From: Perkinsus chesapeaki ATCC PRA-425 | Taxonomy: Eukaryota > Protista > Perkinsozoa | NCBI GenBank assembly: GCA_013115145.1 | Contig: JAAPAO010000167.1 | Span: 1-59,021, forward strand | DNA length: 59,021 bases | Direction of reading: 5' to 3' | Shown here: one piece after another, positions 1 through 21,379 of the stretch | Layout: each line of letters starts with the position of its first letter | How positions within the stretch are numbered: position 1 is the stretch's first letter | Translations under genes and position numbers: made by a program | Notes under the pieces: model-generated | What the model was told of the DNA's origin: nothing | Seen by the model: only the letters and a program-made list of their open reading frames with translations | The model's database searches: none

Positions 1-26
1 TCACCATGATGCTCTTAATAAAACCG

Positions 27-263
27 CTAGTGAAGCTGAGAATGATAACCTCCCCTATGTAACAACTCAAAGGCACTTGGCATTGAATGGGGACTCGCTC
101 TATACGAGATGCTGGAAACCATAATATGGAACAGCGCGTATGCGGTACACTTCGGGACGAAGCTTTCCGCTAGTAAGGAATACAAATGCAATAGTAATGC
201 TGAAACAGGAATCTTGGGATGTACTAAACTCCGATTACTATGTCGCGAAAGGAATGCTAGCAC
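27..263 (-). CDS. Possible exon(s) of an unidentified gene running off the left edge
   Basis: Open frame with plausible GT/AG sites; no recognisable motif. Confidence 0.2.
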   Translation of the reverse strand: MLAFLSRHSNRSLVHPKIPVSALLLHLYSLLAESFVPKCTAYALFHIMVSSISYRASPHSMPSAFELLHRGGYHSQLH

Positions 264-441
264 TGCTTGTACTGCAGCTGCGCTACGACATATAAACCAG
301 AATGAACATCCTTTGATAATATGATATGTATGCGCATTGATGCATCAGACATAGAGAAATAACACAAGAGTAGGACTGAATGTCCATACACATAAATCAC
401 TTCATATCCGATACTTCAGTAGCGCTGGTGAAGGTTGAGGT

Positions 442-1041
442 TTAAGCAACAGAAATCTTTTCAAAGTTGCCGAGCTTGCCGGGGAGATCATAACCGGGAA
501 TGTTGGGATGAACCTTGCACATCTCGACATCCTCCGGAGTTCTCTTGGCGATCATACTCATGGGGCATTTGCCAGTCTGGGGGCCATCCTCGGCACGGGA
601 GTCGACGAAGGGGCCATAGACAGACATGAAGACGCACAAACCGTGAATGTAGTCACGAACGAAATCCTTAGGCAACTTGAACTCCTCGCAAGCCTTGAGC
701 TGACAGAACACCCAACGGTTTCTTTGGGCCTTGGTGAAGCCAGCACCAATATAACCGGCCTCCTTGGGGGCGTCGGCTCTTAGAGGACAGTTCTGGGCCT
801 TACGATGCATAGCGTTGATCATCTTAGTGCCACCACGCTTGTCCATCTCATCGGTGAGACCAAGTTGGTTGAAGAACCAACGGCAGAACATAAGGTAATG
901 GGGCTCGTTCTTATCTTCGTACAAAACCGAAAGAATGGGATCAGCAAACGATAACTCGTAGAAACGCTTGGCAACTGCCTCAAAAGGCGCGCAACCGCCA
1001 ACACGGTCCACCAAACCATCGGGGAATAGCTTCATAACCAT
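442..1041 (-). CDS. Truncated (2/2) haemoglobin, group II (trHbO-like), copy A, intronless
   Basis: LVDRVGG..RFYELSFADP (B9-B10 Phe-Tyr), proximal-His-like NAMHR and G8-Trp-like QRNRW match the trHbO pattern (RFY..., RGHPRLRMRH, ERDAW). Confidence 0.8.
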   Translation of the reverse strand: MVMKLFPDGLVDRVGGCAPFEAVAKRFYELSFADPILSVLYEDKNEPHYLMFCRWFFNQLGLTDEMDKRGGTKMINAMHRKAQNCPLRADAPKEAGYIGAGFTKAQRNRWVFCQLKACEEFKLPKDFVRDYIHGLCVFMSVYGPFVDSRAEDGPQTGKCPMSMIAKRTPEDVEMCKVHPNIPGYDLPGKLGNFEKISVA

Positions 1042-1373
1042 TTTTGAGGGTTGAAAGAGAGTAACGAAGTAACTACAGAAGAACCGATTGAGTATCCGAG
1101 AAAGAAGACATATAATGCTCGAGCGGCGACAGGACGACTTAGCGAAGCGCCGCTAGTGAATTTCGTGCAGTTTTATTGCAAAGGAGACGGTCAAGTACAC
1201 AACTTCATGATTCTTTTAGTCCTAAGTCCCTGTGGGATAATAGGCAATGGATGTGGTATGGTGTATACTTGTTAATACGAGGACTAACTTAGGGAAAGGG
1301 CTAGCGTATCCCTGTTACAATAATCTACTGTTGACAGCCTTTTCGCAAATTAATCACAAGAAATACGAGAGAA

Positions 1374-1425
1374 AAGACTCAGGCAGGATTTGAACCCACG
1401 ACTCCCACAGCCGAAGTTCCGCTGC
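1374..1425 (-). ncRNA. tRNA-derived fragment (3' half in register, TCG anticodon-like); not a complete tRNA
   Basis: Minus strand reads CT-TCG-GC TGTGG GAGTC GTGGG TTCAAAT CCTGC CTGAGTC then TTTT. No pairing 5' half found. Confidence 0.45.
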
Positions 1426-2263
1426 AATAGAAAGTCGTGGATATTCTCATTCTCAAAAGCCTATGAATAAACGTGGGTTTGGGGAGTATCCCGGCGAAGC
1501 TATTATTCGGAAGGTTTGATGCTGTATGTTTAGTAAGGATTGTTTCTTGTGCGAAGAATGCTAGGGAGAAATCTAGAAATGGACAGTATTAATACCACGT
1601 CATGATAATCTAATTAATGCCCCAGCATTGATTTAAATCCTAAGGGGAGCTTGAGCAGGCCTAATAGTGGGCTCTGAGTGAAAGCACAGGGTAGAAGAAC
1701 TAAATCACTCAACGCCGGAGCTGAGAGTCAAGGATAAAGGCAACAGGCTTTCTCTACTTGAACAACTGAAGTACACGATTCACGTAACATAAAGTCTTCG
1801 TGACGAAGTGGCGTTTCTGAGCCTTTGATTATATTTTTGAACAAGCTATCTTAGTATTAACGTCCCGTTAATGAATGGCTTGTATCTAACGTAACGTTCG
1901 AGAAATTATCAGCCCAGCTTGAAGCCCACACTGGCAAGTGATGATACTTTTGTTAAATAAAGGATAACCCTGCAACGTCCAGATTAAGTCTTGGGTGAAG
2001 CGAAAACGTAGTTGATTTACAATAAAGAAAAGAAACATGCACTGAAACTCGATTATTGAAAAAGGTATGCATTGACGGTATCAGTAATACCACAACGACG
2101 ACAGCAAGGAAAGTTAATACCACAAAATATGATATATAGGGGTACCAGGCAAACGATTATAACATGAAAAAAGGTGTAACGACGGCGGTGGATCCGGCAA
2201 ACCAATAATGGATGTCATCTAGTCCCAAAGGGGACACAATCACACAATAGCTCGGCCTTGCAC

Positions 2264-2863
2264 TCATACTGCGGTAATCTTCTCGAAGTTGCCAAGCTTG
2301 CCGGGGAGATCGTAACCCATAATATTAGGATGGATCTTGGCCATCTCAACATCCTCCGGAGTTCTCTTGGCGATCATACTCATGGGGCATTTGCCAGTCT
2401 GGGGGCCATCCTCGGCACGAGAGTCGACGAAGGGGCCATAGACAGACATGAAAACGCACAAACCGTGAATGTAGTCACGAACGAAATCCTTGGGCAACTT
2501 GAACTCCTCGCAAGCCTTGAGCTGACAGAACACCCAACGGTTTTTTTGGGCCTTGGTGAAGCCAGCACCAATATAACCGGCCTCCTTGGGGGCGTCGGCT
2601 CTTAGAGGACAGTTCTGGGCCTTACGATGCATAGCGTTGATCATCTTAGTGCCACCACGCTTGTCCATCTCATCGGTGAGACCAAGTTGGTTGAAGAACC
2701 AACGGCAGAACATAAGGTAATGGGGCTCGTTCTTATCTTCGTACAAAACCGAAAGAATGGGATCAGCAAACGATAACTCGTAGAAACGCTTGGCAACTCC
2801 CTCAAAAGGCGCGCAACCGCCAACACGGTCCACCAAACCATCGGGGAATAGCTTCATAGTCAT
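2264..2863 (-). CDS. Truncated haemoglobin group II, copy B, intronless
   Basis: Near-identical to 442-1041. The ATG at 2863 (MTMKLF) is equivalent to 1041 (MVMKLF); the ORF-track extension to 2890 is probably not coding. Confidence 0.8.
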   Translation of the reverse strand: MTMKLFPDGLVDRVGGCAPFEGVAKRFYELSFADPILSVLYEDKNEPHYLMFCRWFFNQLGLTDEMDKRGGTKMINAMHRKAQNCPLRADAPKEAGYIGAGFTKAQKNRWVFCQLKACEEFKLPKDFVRDYIHGLCVFMSVYGPFVDSRAEDGPQTGKCPMSMIAKRTPEDVEMAKIHPNIMGYDLPGKLGNFEKITAV

Positions 2864-3099
2864 TTTAAATAGATTGATGAATGAAAACACTAATAATCTG
2901 AAGAAGTGAATTTAAAATGTTTCATAGCATACCACTATCTTGCACGGTACTAGTTACTAGTAGTACCCACTCAGCCAAGCGGGACAGAATAACACAAATT
3001 TGTCACGTGGATATGACTGTGACAAAGATACCCTTGAGTGCGGCAGAACAACATTCTATACCCATCTATTCCAGAAGTGCATTTTCAACTGATTCATAT

Positions 3100-4300
3100 C
3101 GAGTTCACTCTCATCCTTATCTCGATTTCGCGGAACCATAGTGTGGCGATCTAGGGCATACTAGATCACTAAACGGGTGAATGAAAATAGCTATGGATGC
3201 TTTAGCCTCGGTAAAACAGACCGCTGCTGCGGCGAAGTCCGGGTGAGGTGACCCGTGGTAGAAAAGTGGACAGGCTCAACAAAAGACAAGATTGGGTGTT
3301 TCACAGCCAACAACAATTAACATCGTAACTCCGGCATGAAGGAGCAAAGAGAAAATCACTAAGCCATCAAAAACGAAAGTATCACTCTGACCGATCGATC
3401 CTTTTTCAGGATCTTCGTCGCCTTCTCCCAGTCGAAGTCGTGTGAATCTTCCAAAGCATCGATGGCCTCGCCGTATAGGATTAGCTGCTCTACGGGGTCG
3501 CTTGCCGTTCGCGTACGTCTCACGAGATCACGCAGCTTTTCCAGGCTCACGTTCTTGCGCTTTTGAGGAAGCCTAACAAAAATGAGACCACTCTTACCGG
3601 AAACCTCGAACATAGCGGAAGTGCTCACACTTGATCCTAAGTTGTCGCTTACCGAGACGAGAGGCGTAAACGGAAAGGGACGTATTTATTTTGGTGGAGT
3701 ACCATCGCCAGTTTCAATGTGCCAGAGCTAACCTGCACACGATAGAGCAGGCTGGATCTCCAGGTGCAAGAATTAGCGAATTAGGAAGTCTCACCTCGGA
3801 GCTGACAACTGCTATGAAGTCAGAAGATTTGATAGTGGCAGCGTCATCACGAGCCCTCTCGCGAAGGATGAGCGCGGTTTCCTCAGTTCTAAACCTTCTG
3901 AGCGGACGGTACGAAAGCGCCTGTGTCTCTATTATTTTTGCCACGTCCGAACGATCAGCAACAGCAAGCTCGTTAGACTTCGCAGAGCTTCTGGCTGAAC
4001 GATCTTTCTGTATCTGTTCCTGGGCCCATTTCTCGAGTTGCGTTGTACAGTTGGCGAGCTCAGATTTCCAACTAACGAAAGCATCATTAGCTCCGAGGAA
4101 GAGGTCCATTTGGTAACCTTCTCCGTATCTATAAGAGCCGTATGATACCACAGATCTCGAATAGTGAGGTTCACGGCTCATTCCATGAATAGATGTAGTC
4201 CAACACGTATTTAGAGTGCTCGGTATCCCAGCTAGCTCCAGCCGTAATAACCTGGTCCTGTTCGTAAAAAGTCGAACAGGTTTCCTGAAGACACATGTAG
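3100..4300 (-). CDS. Spliced hypothetical protein (ends approximate)
   Basis: GT-AG introns 3733-3794 and 3573-3652 join ORFs 3714..4436 and 3359..3628 in frame (..VVSSE|VSSGTLKLAMVLHQNKYVPFRLRLSS|RLPQKRKN..). Confidence 0.55.
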
Positions 4301-4622
4301 GTGTTTTTATGTCAAGTGGCTTTTCTCGCACCTGTAATGCGGAGGTTGCCTTCACCACAGCAGGGGCTAAGAGAAGGCCAATCATCTGTAGCTCGATTGT
4401 TAATCGAGTCATTAATAGTATCATTATATTATTCAATTAACGGATAAAATTGTTCGCCTCTGTTATGTTTTCCATCGGGTGTCTCGTTCCTTTTCGCTGC
4501 GCCCGTACGATAACTTTCGACAACACAAGCCACCGTCGCAAATGCTGCAATTTATTACTACAAATAGCAATAGTGTAATAGTAAGGTACGTCTATACTAC
4601 AGGAAATAACGTTTCAGCAGAT

Positions 4623-14200
<9,578 letters not shown>

Positions 14201-14634
14201 ACCAAAACTTTCTCTACTCATCGGCTAATAATATAGCCGTCTCTTATTTGTCCACAAACCCAACACGGAGCGTCGATGCCAGAAACAATCGTATGACAAA
14301 GGATGAACAAATAAGTTCTCAAGGATGCAGCAGTCACGTCACGCAGCGCAATTCCCTTCACATTTCCTCAAATCGATCGAGTGATCGATAAAGATTCCCC
14401 ACCTTTTGTTCACTCCCTATCATCTAGACCAGCCCCCCTCCTTGCCGCGCTCTCCAAGTCGTAATCACCAATCTCTAGGTTGGCATACCGACCCTAAACT
14501 TGATGCATCATACCTCACCTCACCGGTCGGTCACCAAGTGCTGCACGCATGCGCACGAATAGCGCTCCCTGCGCGCCGTGCGCAGCAATAACAGCACAAC
14601 AATCAATCAGACCGAATAATAACCAATATACAGG

Positions 14635-17600
14635 TTAAGATTGAATATACAACCAATGCAAACCGCTCACCTGTGTGGAAGTCTTCATCCGCAGCTGTTG
14701 TGCCCCAGCGCACCACAGAGTGTATGTCAGTAGCCACAAACAGGCGACAATCACCAATATACCCGATACGATCACCCAACGTTGCATCTCAGGCTCTGAA
14801 AAGTGTACATTCATTCTTGTTGAGACATTCACCTTCACTTAAGAAACAATCAACTTCCGCCGAAACGCTCACAGCACCCATCGGTCGGTGGCACCCCACC
14901 AAGAGGGCAGGCCCGCACACACCGGCACGCGCGTCTCACACAGCTAACTGCTAAGATTGACTATCCCCATCATGAACAACCATCTAATCCGACTTGTAGA
15001 TATGAAAAAGTAACGGTCATGGTGAATTGATGTACGTCAATTTCGCTCGCCCGAATGATCGATTTGACAGCGTATAGTGCAATACATGCTTAATCACGAA
15101 AAACGACTCTACTCACTTGATGGCAAGTTCTCGCTTGATCCTGTCGTATCCTGAAAAAAAGGAGAATGGCGTGTCATGGATGAAGGCTTTGCACTCTAAA
15201 GGCAGGATATTAATGCGTCTATAATATCCACGGGAAGTCACTCGTCACCATCTTGGTGTACAAGTCATCAAACTCACTAGAGCGGAGAGAAGGACAAGTT
15301 AGCATCACATTCGCCTAGCCGACACCTCAGGACCAATCCTAACGGACAGCGCGACACTTCAACGTGCATCGATAATTGTTGATCGATTTTTGCCACATAG
15401 CTATAACGTATCACAAGCTACTTCTGACGCTTGAGACAATATCAAATGCCATCTCATTGAGCGAAACTCATCACACTGTACGATTCACACATACGTTGTT
15501 ACTATCCAAAGACACAATATCCTACATATTCACCACACTGCATGCGACGCATGCTTGACCTTTCCCAACAGGAATACGAGCCAACCAGTTTGCGCAGCTA
15601 GCGCGCGCCCGGTTAATCGATTTCAGCACGCATTTCTTACCAAAATATCTGCAGTGGGGTCCTTTAGGCTTCTCACAGCCGCTTGACAAGTAGCTGAAAC
15701 ATTTAATGGTGATTTGAACTCCGAAGCCGACTTACCGTCCTCATCTGGCGTTGTCCACTCCGCACGCTTACTTGTTTTACCTGCACTTGTTACCGCGCAC
15801 CGACATATAGGGGGAGTCGTGCCCTCCGGGACTAAAGCGAGAGGTGGATTGTGCGTATGGCAGGCGGCCCAGTCGGTGAGGAGAAGATAATTGGCGGCAT
15901 TTTTACGAGATCGCTCAAGATTTTTTTATTCACAATAGTTGTTCAAGTTGGCGCCAATACGAAACCGAGACCAACTAACCAAGATACTTCAACGGTGGTG
16001 AAACGGTGCCGACTCACTGTTCTCTATTAGACATATCTTGTGGTCATGATTCCCACCAGAGGCCTCCGCAGGACAACTGATCTGATAATGACAGGAGATT
16101 GAAGGCAGGGGGGATATACGCCTGTGTCGCCGAGGCGGCGCGCCGCGGCGTCGGGCAATGTTTTTTCGCGAACTTTCAATTGAAGAAATATACGAAAGAA
16201 ATCAATCTGATAGATGGGCTGGCGCACTGACACGGAATTTCGTTAGTCTCGAGTGAAGTCCATGAAAGTTGAGCAAGCAGTATCTCTTCGGTACCAATTG
16301 ATTAAAAATAATATAATATTCACAATATAGTAGAAATGGCGTCCATCTATGCGCCGCGATTGGATATCAAACGACGACCAGTATGACCGAGCTGAACAAC
16401 TGATCACGTTCTTAAACATACTCCAGAAGGAATGGATAAGGAGCTTGCTACCTTCGACCGTCTTTACACTCACTTGAAATTGTGCTTCGCTCCGTCGAGA
16501 TATTTGCTTTATTTTCCCGGTAGCTGGAGTCGGCCCACACCCTTCCATCGCGACTGCTGCGTATTCGCCGAAACTAGCTCCTGCAAAAATGCAATCACCT
16601 CCCATTAAAAAATTGCTCTCCAAGAAAAGTTTGCCTAGCAAACTCCATAAATGACATTGGACGGTGGTAGTAAATGCAGTACCGCAACGTATCCTTAGCA
16701 TATCTTTGCGCACTGCGAAGAATTTGACACTCTGAAATTCAGAGTCTGGATGCAACAGCGAGTTAAATATGCGTTGACCCCGGAAGCAATCGCGAAACAG
16801 GAAAGTGATAAGGGGAATTCTGGGATTGGTGGCGAGGCGAACCCGAATGCACCCATCTCCGAGCTGAGTCTCAAATACCATATATCCTACAATAACAAGA
16901 ATAAATCATTATATAATTAGTTATATAAAACTGATATCCAGCCTCCCACAAAAACAGTAAAACCGATCAACATTCGGCGAACACGCTCAAAGCAACAAAA
17001 AGCGCAAGGAGCGGGCAAACTCACCTAGGCCGGCATTCTTGAGGTTAATTTGCATATTGCCATCCGACTCGCTGCTACAAGTGACCCTCCGGATCTCCAG
17101 CCCAGCTTTATGCAAGGCATGTCGTATCCTTCGATAGTTGCGATGCACCTGAAGCCGCAGGTTCAATTCCCGCCACCGGGATGTTCTTACTATTCCTGGT
17201 ATCTCCTTGGGTGGTGAGTAAAAGCCCCCAGATTCACTGCCGATCTGAAGAGAGAAGAAGTAGCAAAAAGTCGATTTCTGAGTGCTATACACCCAGCAGT
17301 GCCCTCATCTCCCTCGAGCTGAGTGGTATTAAGCCGCACGCTATGGCTAAAGTCACTTGCCATTCCTATATAATTCGCTCAATTGTAGGCTGCCACGTAA
17401 ATCGACAAGTGATTCGGTTTTCAAGGCCACTTAATATATCCCTTAACCAGAAGGCATGGAGCTGGCGTGTGGCAGGAAGATGTGATGAGGGCTCTCATAG
17501 CGCGGTGACTGGCGAGCGCGCATGAGTAGCTATGTGTTTGCGTGCACCCAGTTCACTGGTCCTTATATGTAGCTATCTGACTCAAGTCTCAGTTACAGTT

Positions 17601-20600
17601 TGATCAAACGGTTACCCTTGCGTTTGTTATATGGTGCTACCCGATCCTCCCGATCCGACCGATTCCTCCATGTAAATTGCAGAGCGTAGATCACAGCTAA
17701 TAATGGATCGCTATGGAGAAAGCACACTTCAACTTAAGATATTCCTTATTGTGGAGAGTGCATGCATCACAGAGCGTTCAGTAATTCGGACACAGTAGAT
17801 TACCATTTAACTACGCCCGCGGCGCAGCGTAAAGGAGTGTCACCCGTAAAAAATGTGCGTGTGATTGCAACTTTTCAATGCCAATAATACTAGCACTATA
17901 CATTCTCAGTTCCACTCGGCCACATATCCACACAGTGTTCCTCCCGCTTTCCGAGCCATCTCAGAGGGGTTCCCCAGGGACAAATTGGAGCCCAGCAGGG
18001 TGATGCTGTGGATCAGTGGTCAATGAAGTTTACAGGTTGTACCGCGCCCGCGATGATCTACCTCACGGAGTAGCTGTATGATACAAATCACCCCATCTTA
18101 AGGGCGATCTTCAACCACAAAAAACATTTTTCATCTTAAAAAATTCAAATTCGCCCTCAACTTCGCATTGTTCACTTCATCAGCTAATGCGTCACTCCCT
18201 TGAGAACCGGCAAAAACATATGAAGTTGGACAATGGGGAAGAGCCCTGAATGCCTACCTCTGGTGACATGCTCATTATTCCGTGTACTCCATAAAACCAG
18301 TCATCACTTTCACCAGTCGCAGTGTACCTACCATAAAAATCTTACGTACTAGATTCCCAATAGACGGACTTGAGACCTTAGTGGTAGACTTGGGGAGAAT
18401 CAATCTATCGTGGTATTATCCATAATAGCTGATATTTATACTTGGCAAGAGGTCACTAAGTAAGGCTTTCAAAATTTTAGATAAAACTACTACTTTATAA
18501 CTTTAGATAAAACTACGTACTACTTTAAAAATTTAGACTACTTTAAAGATAGACTTGAGAGATATACTTTATAAATAGGTTATCAATAATAAGCTGCCAA
18601 ACTGGACGCGATACGTTTTCAATAAGCTCACATCATCTTTCCACCAATCTCCGTACCATGTATACTCACAACGAATAACAACATTAACTCTTTCTCAACA
18701 TATTTACACATAGTGTGGGAGGCGGGCCGCCAGTTCTTCCAAGACTCACCCGAGAAGCTTGTCAGCTGGTCCATAACGCTCGAACTCAAATACTTCCGCT
18801 AATTCTTGAAATGCAGCTTCATCATCAACTGGGAGAGGAGCCTTACCCTAATATAAATGATATCGATCGCGTGATCGATTTAAGCATAGCTTACTGTCTT
18901 CGCATAATTATACGGATACGTTAGCATCGAGCCGTACGAGTGGAAATTCAGCGCTATATGAAATTGCCTATCTTCCACCATTTTTTTAAGCGCCTGCGTT
19001 TCCGGCTCGCTGAAAGGCTCTGTTCCAGCGTACCTATCGCAGAGGTTTGTGAACAGTGAAGCGACGCTACCCGCAGGGAATACTAAATGAAAGCAATAGA
19101 GCTCTAAGCGAGCCGCTTCGGAGGGAAAGCCCAATAAAAGATTGAGACCCTATTTCACATACCGTACAAGCATTCAACTTCACCATCTTGAAGCGCTCTA
19201 CTAATCCGAGAGCGGTTGATACCCGAGCACACTCAACCCGCACAGGTTCGATTCCCACCTCCCAAACGATACTTACTCCTCACTGCATTTACCGTAATGA
19301 CCTGACCATTTATATCCAAAATTACGATTTAGATCAACACCGCTCTTCTCCTAAAAATGATACAGCGAACAATGTTTTTCCGAGACTGGCTGAGTCAGTA
19401 CTGCTGACTTATGTGAAACAACGCTCGTCAGCTAGCTTGATGAAAAGCGAAATTAAATGAGCTTCACTGCATTACCATGTTATGATAACCATAACCATTA
19501 TTCAGTTGGATTTCCTTTGCCTAAGCCTACTTCCTCGTTACCTCTCCCTGGCTTTCACATTCCTATCACCTCGAAGCCCACCAGTCTCCTATGTAGCATA
19601 AGACTGCGCTATATTAACGCTCAGGAAGGGTTCCTATAAATTATCCTGCCAGCCTCCGCTTGGCCCGCTCCGCGGTTTACGGCTGAAACTCCCTCATCGA
19701 ATGGATATTCCAGGGAGATCAGCAGAAAGTTCCCCATTTACGCCACGGTGATTGCGCTGTTATATCTCAACAGATCAAACAGCAGCTGCCAGATTGGTCT
19801 CAGATTTTAATCCTCCTACTGGTTTATTCGGGCAAGTATCTCGTCGATTCTTTCTTACGTCCCTCAGCTTCGGGTCCTCCACTGCGATATACCTGCAATA
19901 GGCCAATTTAAAAGTAATAAGATAGTGGCCATGTCGCTGAGGGCATTCCCACCTACTACTCACGGTAACATTTATATTCACAATTTTACCAGAGCCCAGC
20001 AGGTTTCGACAGCCTCAACCCGCCACAGAGATACCCTATAGCGGCTATTATGAGCCTGGTCGAGGGGGACAGATTGCACAAGTCAGAGTTACCGAAGCAA
20101 AACGTACGGTCATAAATTGTCATTATACTAAATAAAGTTCTATTTGATATCTGTAATTTTATTTTTCGTCCATTTCCCATACCGTTTCCTACCCATCCGG
20201 ATTAACAATCGGGACCACCCAGACCTCTCTAGTATTAATAAGATACACCGTGCGTGGATCCGCAGCTTTATAATCATCACAGAGCCTTCCAACAGTATAA
20301 AGGCTAATAGCCAAACCACCTAATAGAGACATCCTCCCTCCCCCTACAAAGCCTACTACCTGGCTCTCTGCTATGCATCAGACTTGTTACCATTAATCGA
20401 GGCTTTACCACCGATACAGGGGTATCATTCCTGGTAATGACGTAGGCGTAGATACGCCTGTGCTCAACCGATTCGCCTAACGGATCGACTAAGTGATGCC
20501 GTAAGACCAAGCCCTCATAAAATGTACCGAACAACTGTGTATCACTAGTAACATATTTCCTATCAAACTCCTTTCTATTATATATCCTCCGTATCACTAG

Positions 20601-21068
20601 TAACATATTTCCTATCAATCTCCTTTCTATCATACATCCTCCGTATCACTAGTAACATATTTCCTGTCAAACTCCTTTCTATTATATATCCTCCGTATCA
20701 CTAGTAACATATTTCCTATCAAACTCCTTTCTATTATATCTCCTCCGTATCACTAGTAACATATTTCCTATCAAACTCCTTTCTATCATATCTCCTCCCT
20801 CAGCACTAGTACCCTACCCCCCAATACTACCGATATCGACTTTCCTAATTATATCACTGCACTTCTCCATAAACTGCTCCAACATACTATTTGCCTCCTT
20901 TGTACTTGGATAATGCTCTATCGATCCTATCCCATACCATTAACCCTACCACCACTATTCTAATTTACCCGTCCATAGCTTAGAGGCCCACTCCGGCTCC
21001 TCGGCTTCCTCAGCCCGTAGTGCTGTAAAAAGTAAGGTCAGCCATATTAACCATAAAAGCCCAACCAT
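14635..21068 (-). CDS. M14 zinc carboxypeptidase with signal peptide and probable C-terminal TM helix, multi-exon
   Basis: Signal-like MVGLLWLIWLTLLFTALRA (ATG 21068). Motifs LMHSREP (~20370), VPIVNPDG (~20200), RKNRR (~19850), GVDLNRNF (~19330), FSEPET..NFHSYG (~18950), TGESDDWFY..SPE (~18290). Hydrophobic WVIVSGILVIVACLWLLTYTLW at ~14720-14785; linking the exons below ~17 kb to this gene is less certain. Confidence 0.88.
20539..20810. repeat. 52-bp intronic minisatellite, 5 copies plus a degenerate end
   Basis: Unit GTATCACTAGTAACATATTTCCTATCAAACTCCTTTCTATTATATATCCTCC starts at 20539, 20591, 20643, 20695 and 20747. Confidence 0.95.
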
Positions 21069-21379
21069 CTACAAAAGCCTACATCTATCCGCTGCTCTAG
21101 CCACTTTCAATAGTTAATGATTGTTAACGTATTTCCGACGCCTGTCGCCATTCACCACCTTATTCGATTTTTCTGAAGTATACCCTTAATAAAAGACAAC
21201 ACTCTAATTTCGAATAATAAATGCACTTTCACTCGTTGATAAACTAAAAATACAACCAGAAAGCTCCGAAATCCGCCCGAGGTTTTTGGCCGTATTTTCA
21301 ACTAGGCTACATAGTTTAGCATCATGCTACTAGCATGGGGGGATCTTCCCTCCCATTTCAACCTCTCTTTGTCGCATTT

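Noticed and set aside
3359-4436. Retroelement integrase-like look of LILAPGDPACSIVCRLALAH
   Set aside because: That stretch is read-through of GT-AG intron 3733-3794; the spliced frame shows no RT, RNase H or integrase motifs.
16243-16881. 212-aa ORF with AGASFGEYAA resembling the acyltransferase GHSLGE motif
   Set aside because: It lies among carboxypeptidase exons, contains splice-like sites and an intron-type GGAGCGAAGC motif, lacks the His, and shows no other acyltransferase features.
17966-17980. GVPQG resembling a non-LTR RT motif
   Set aside because: Five residues in a short frame with no YADD or other RT blocks nearby.
20539-20810. Regular repeats as a CRISPR array
   Set aside because: Head-to-tail units without unique spacers, in a eukaryotic intron, with no cas genes.
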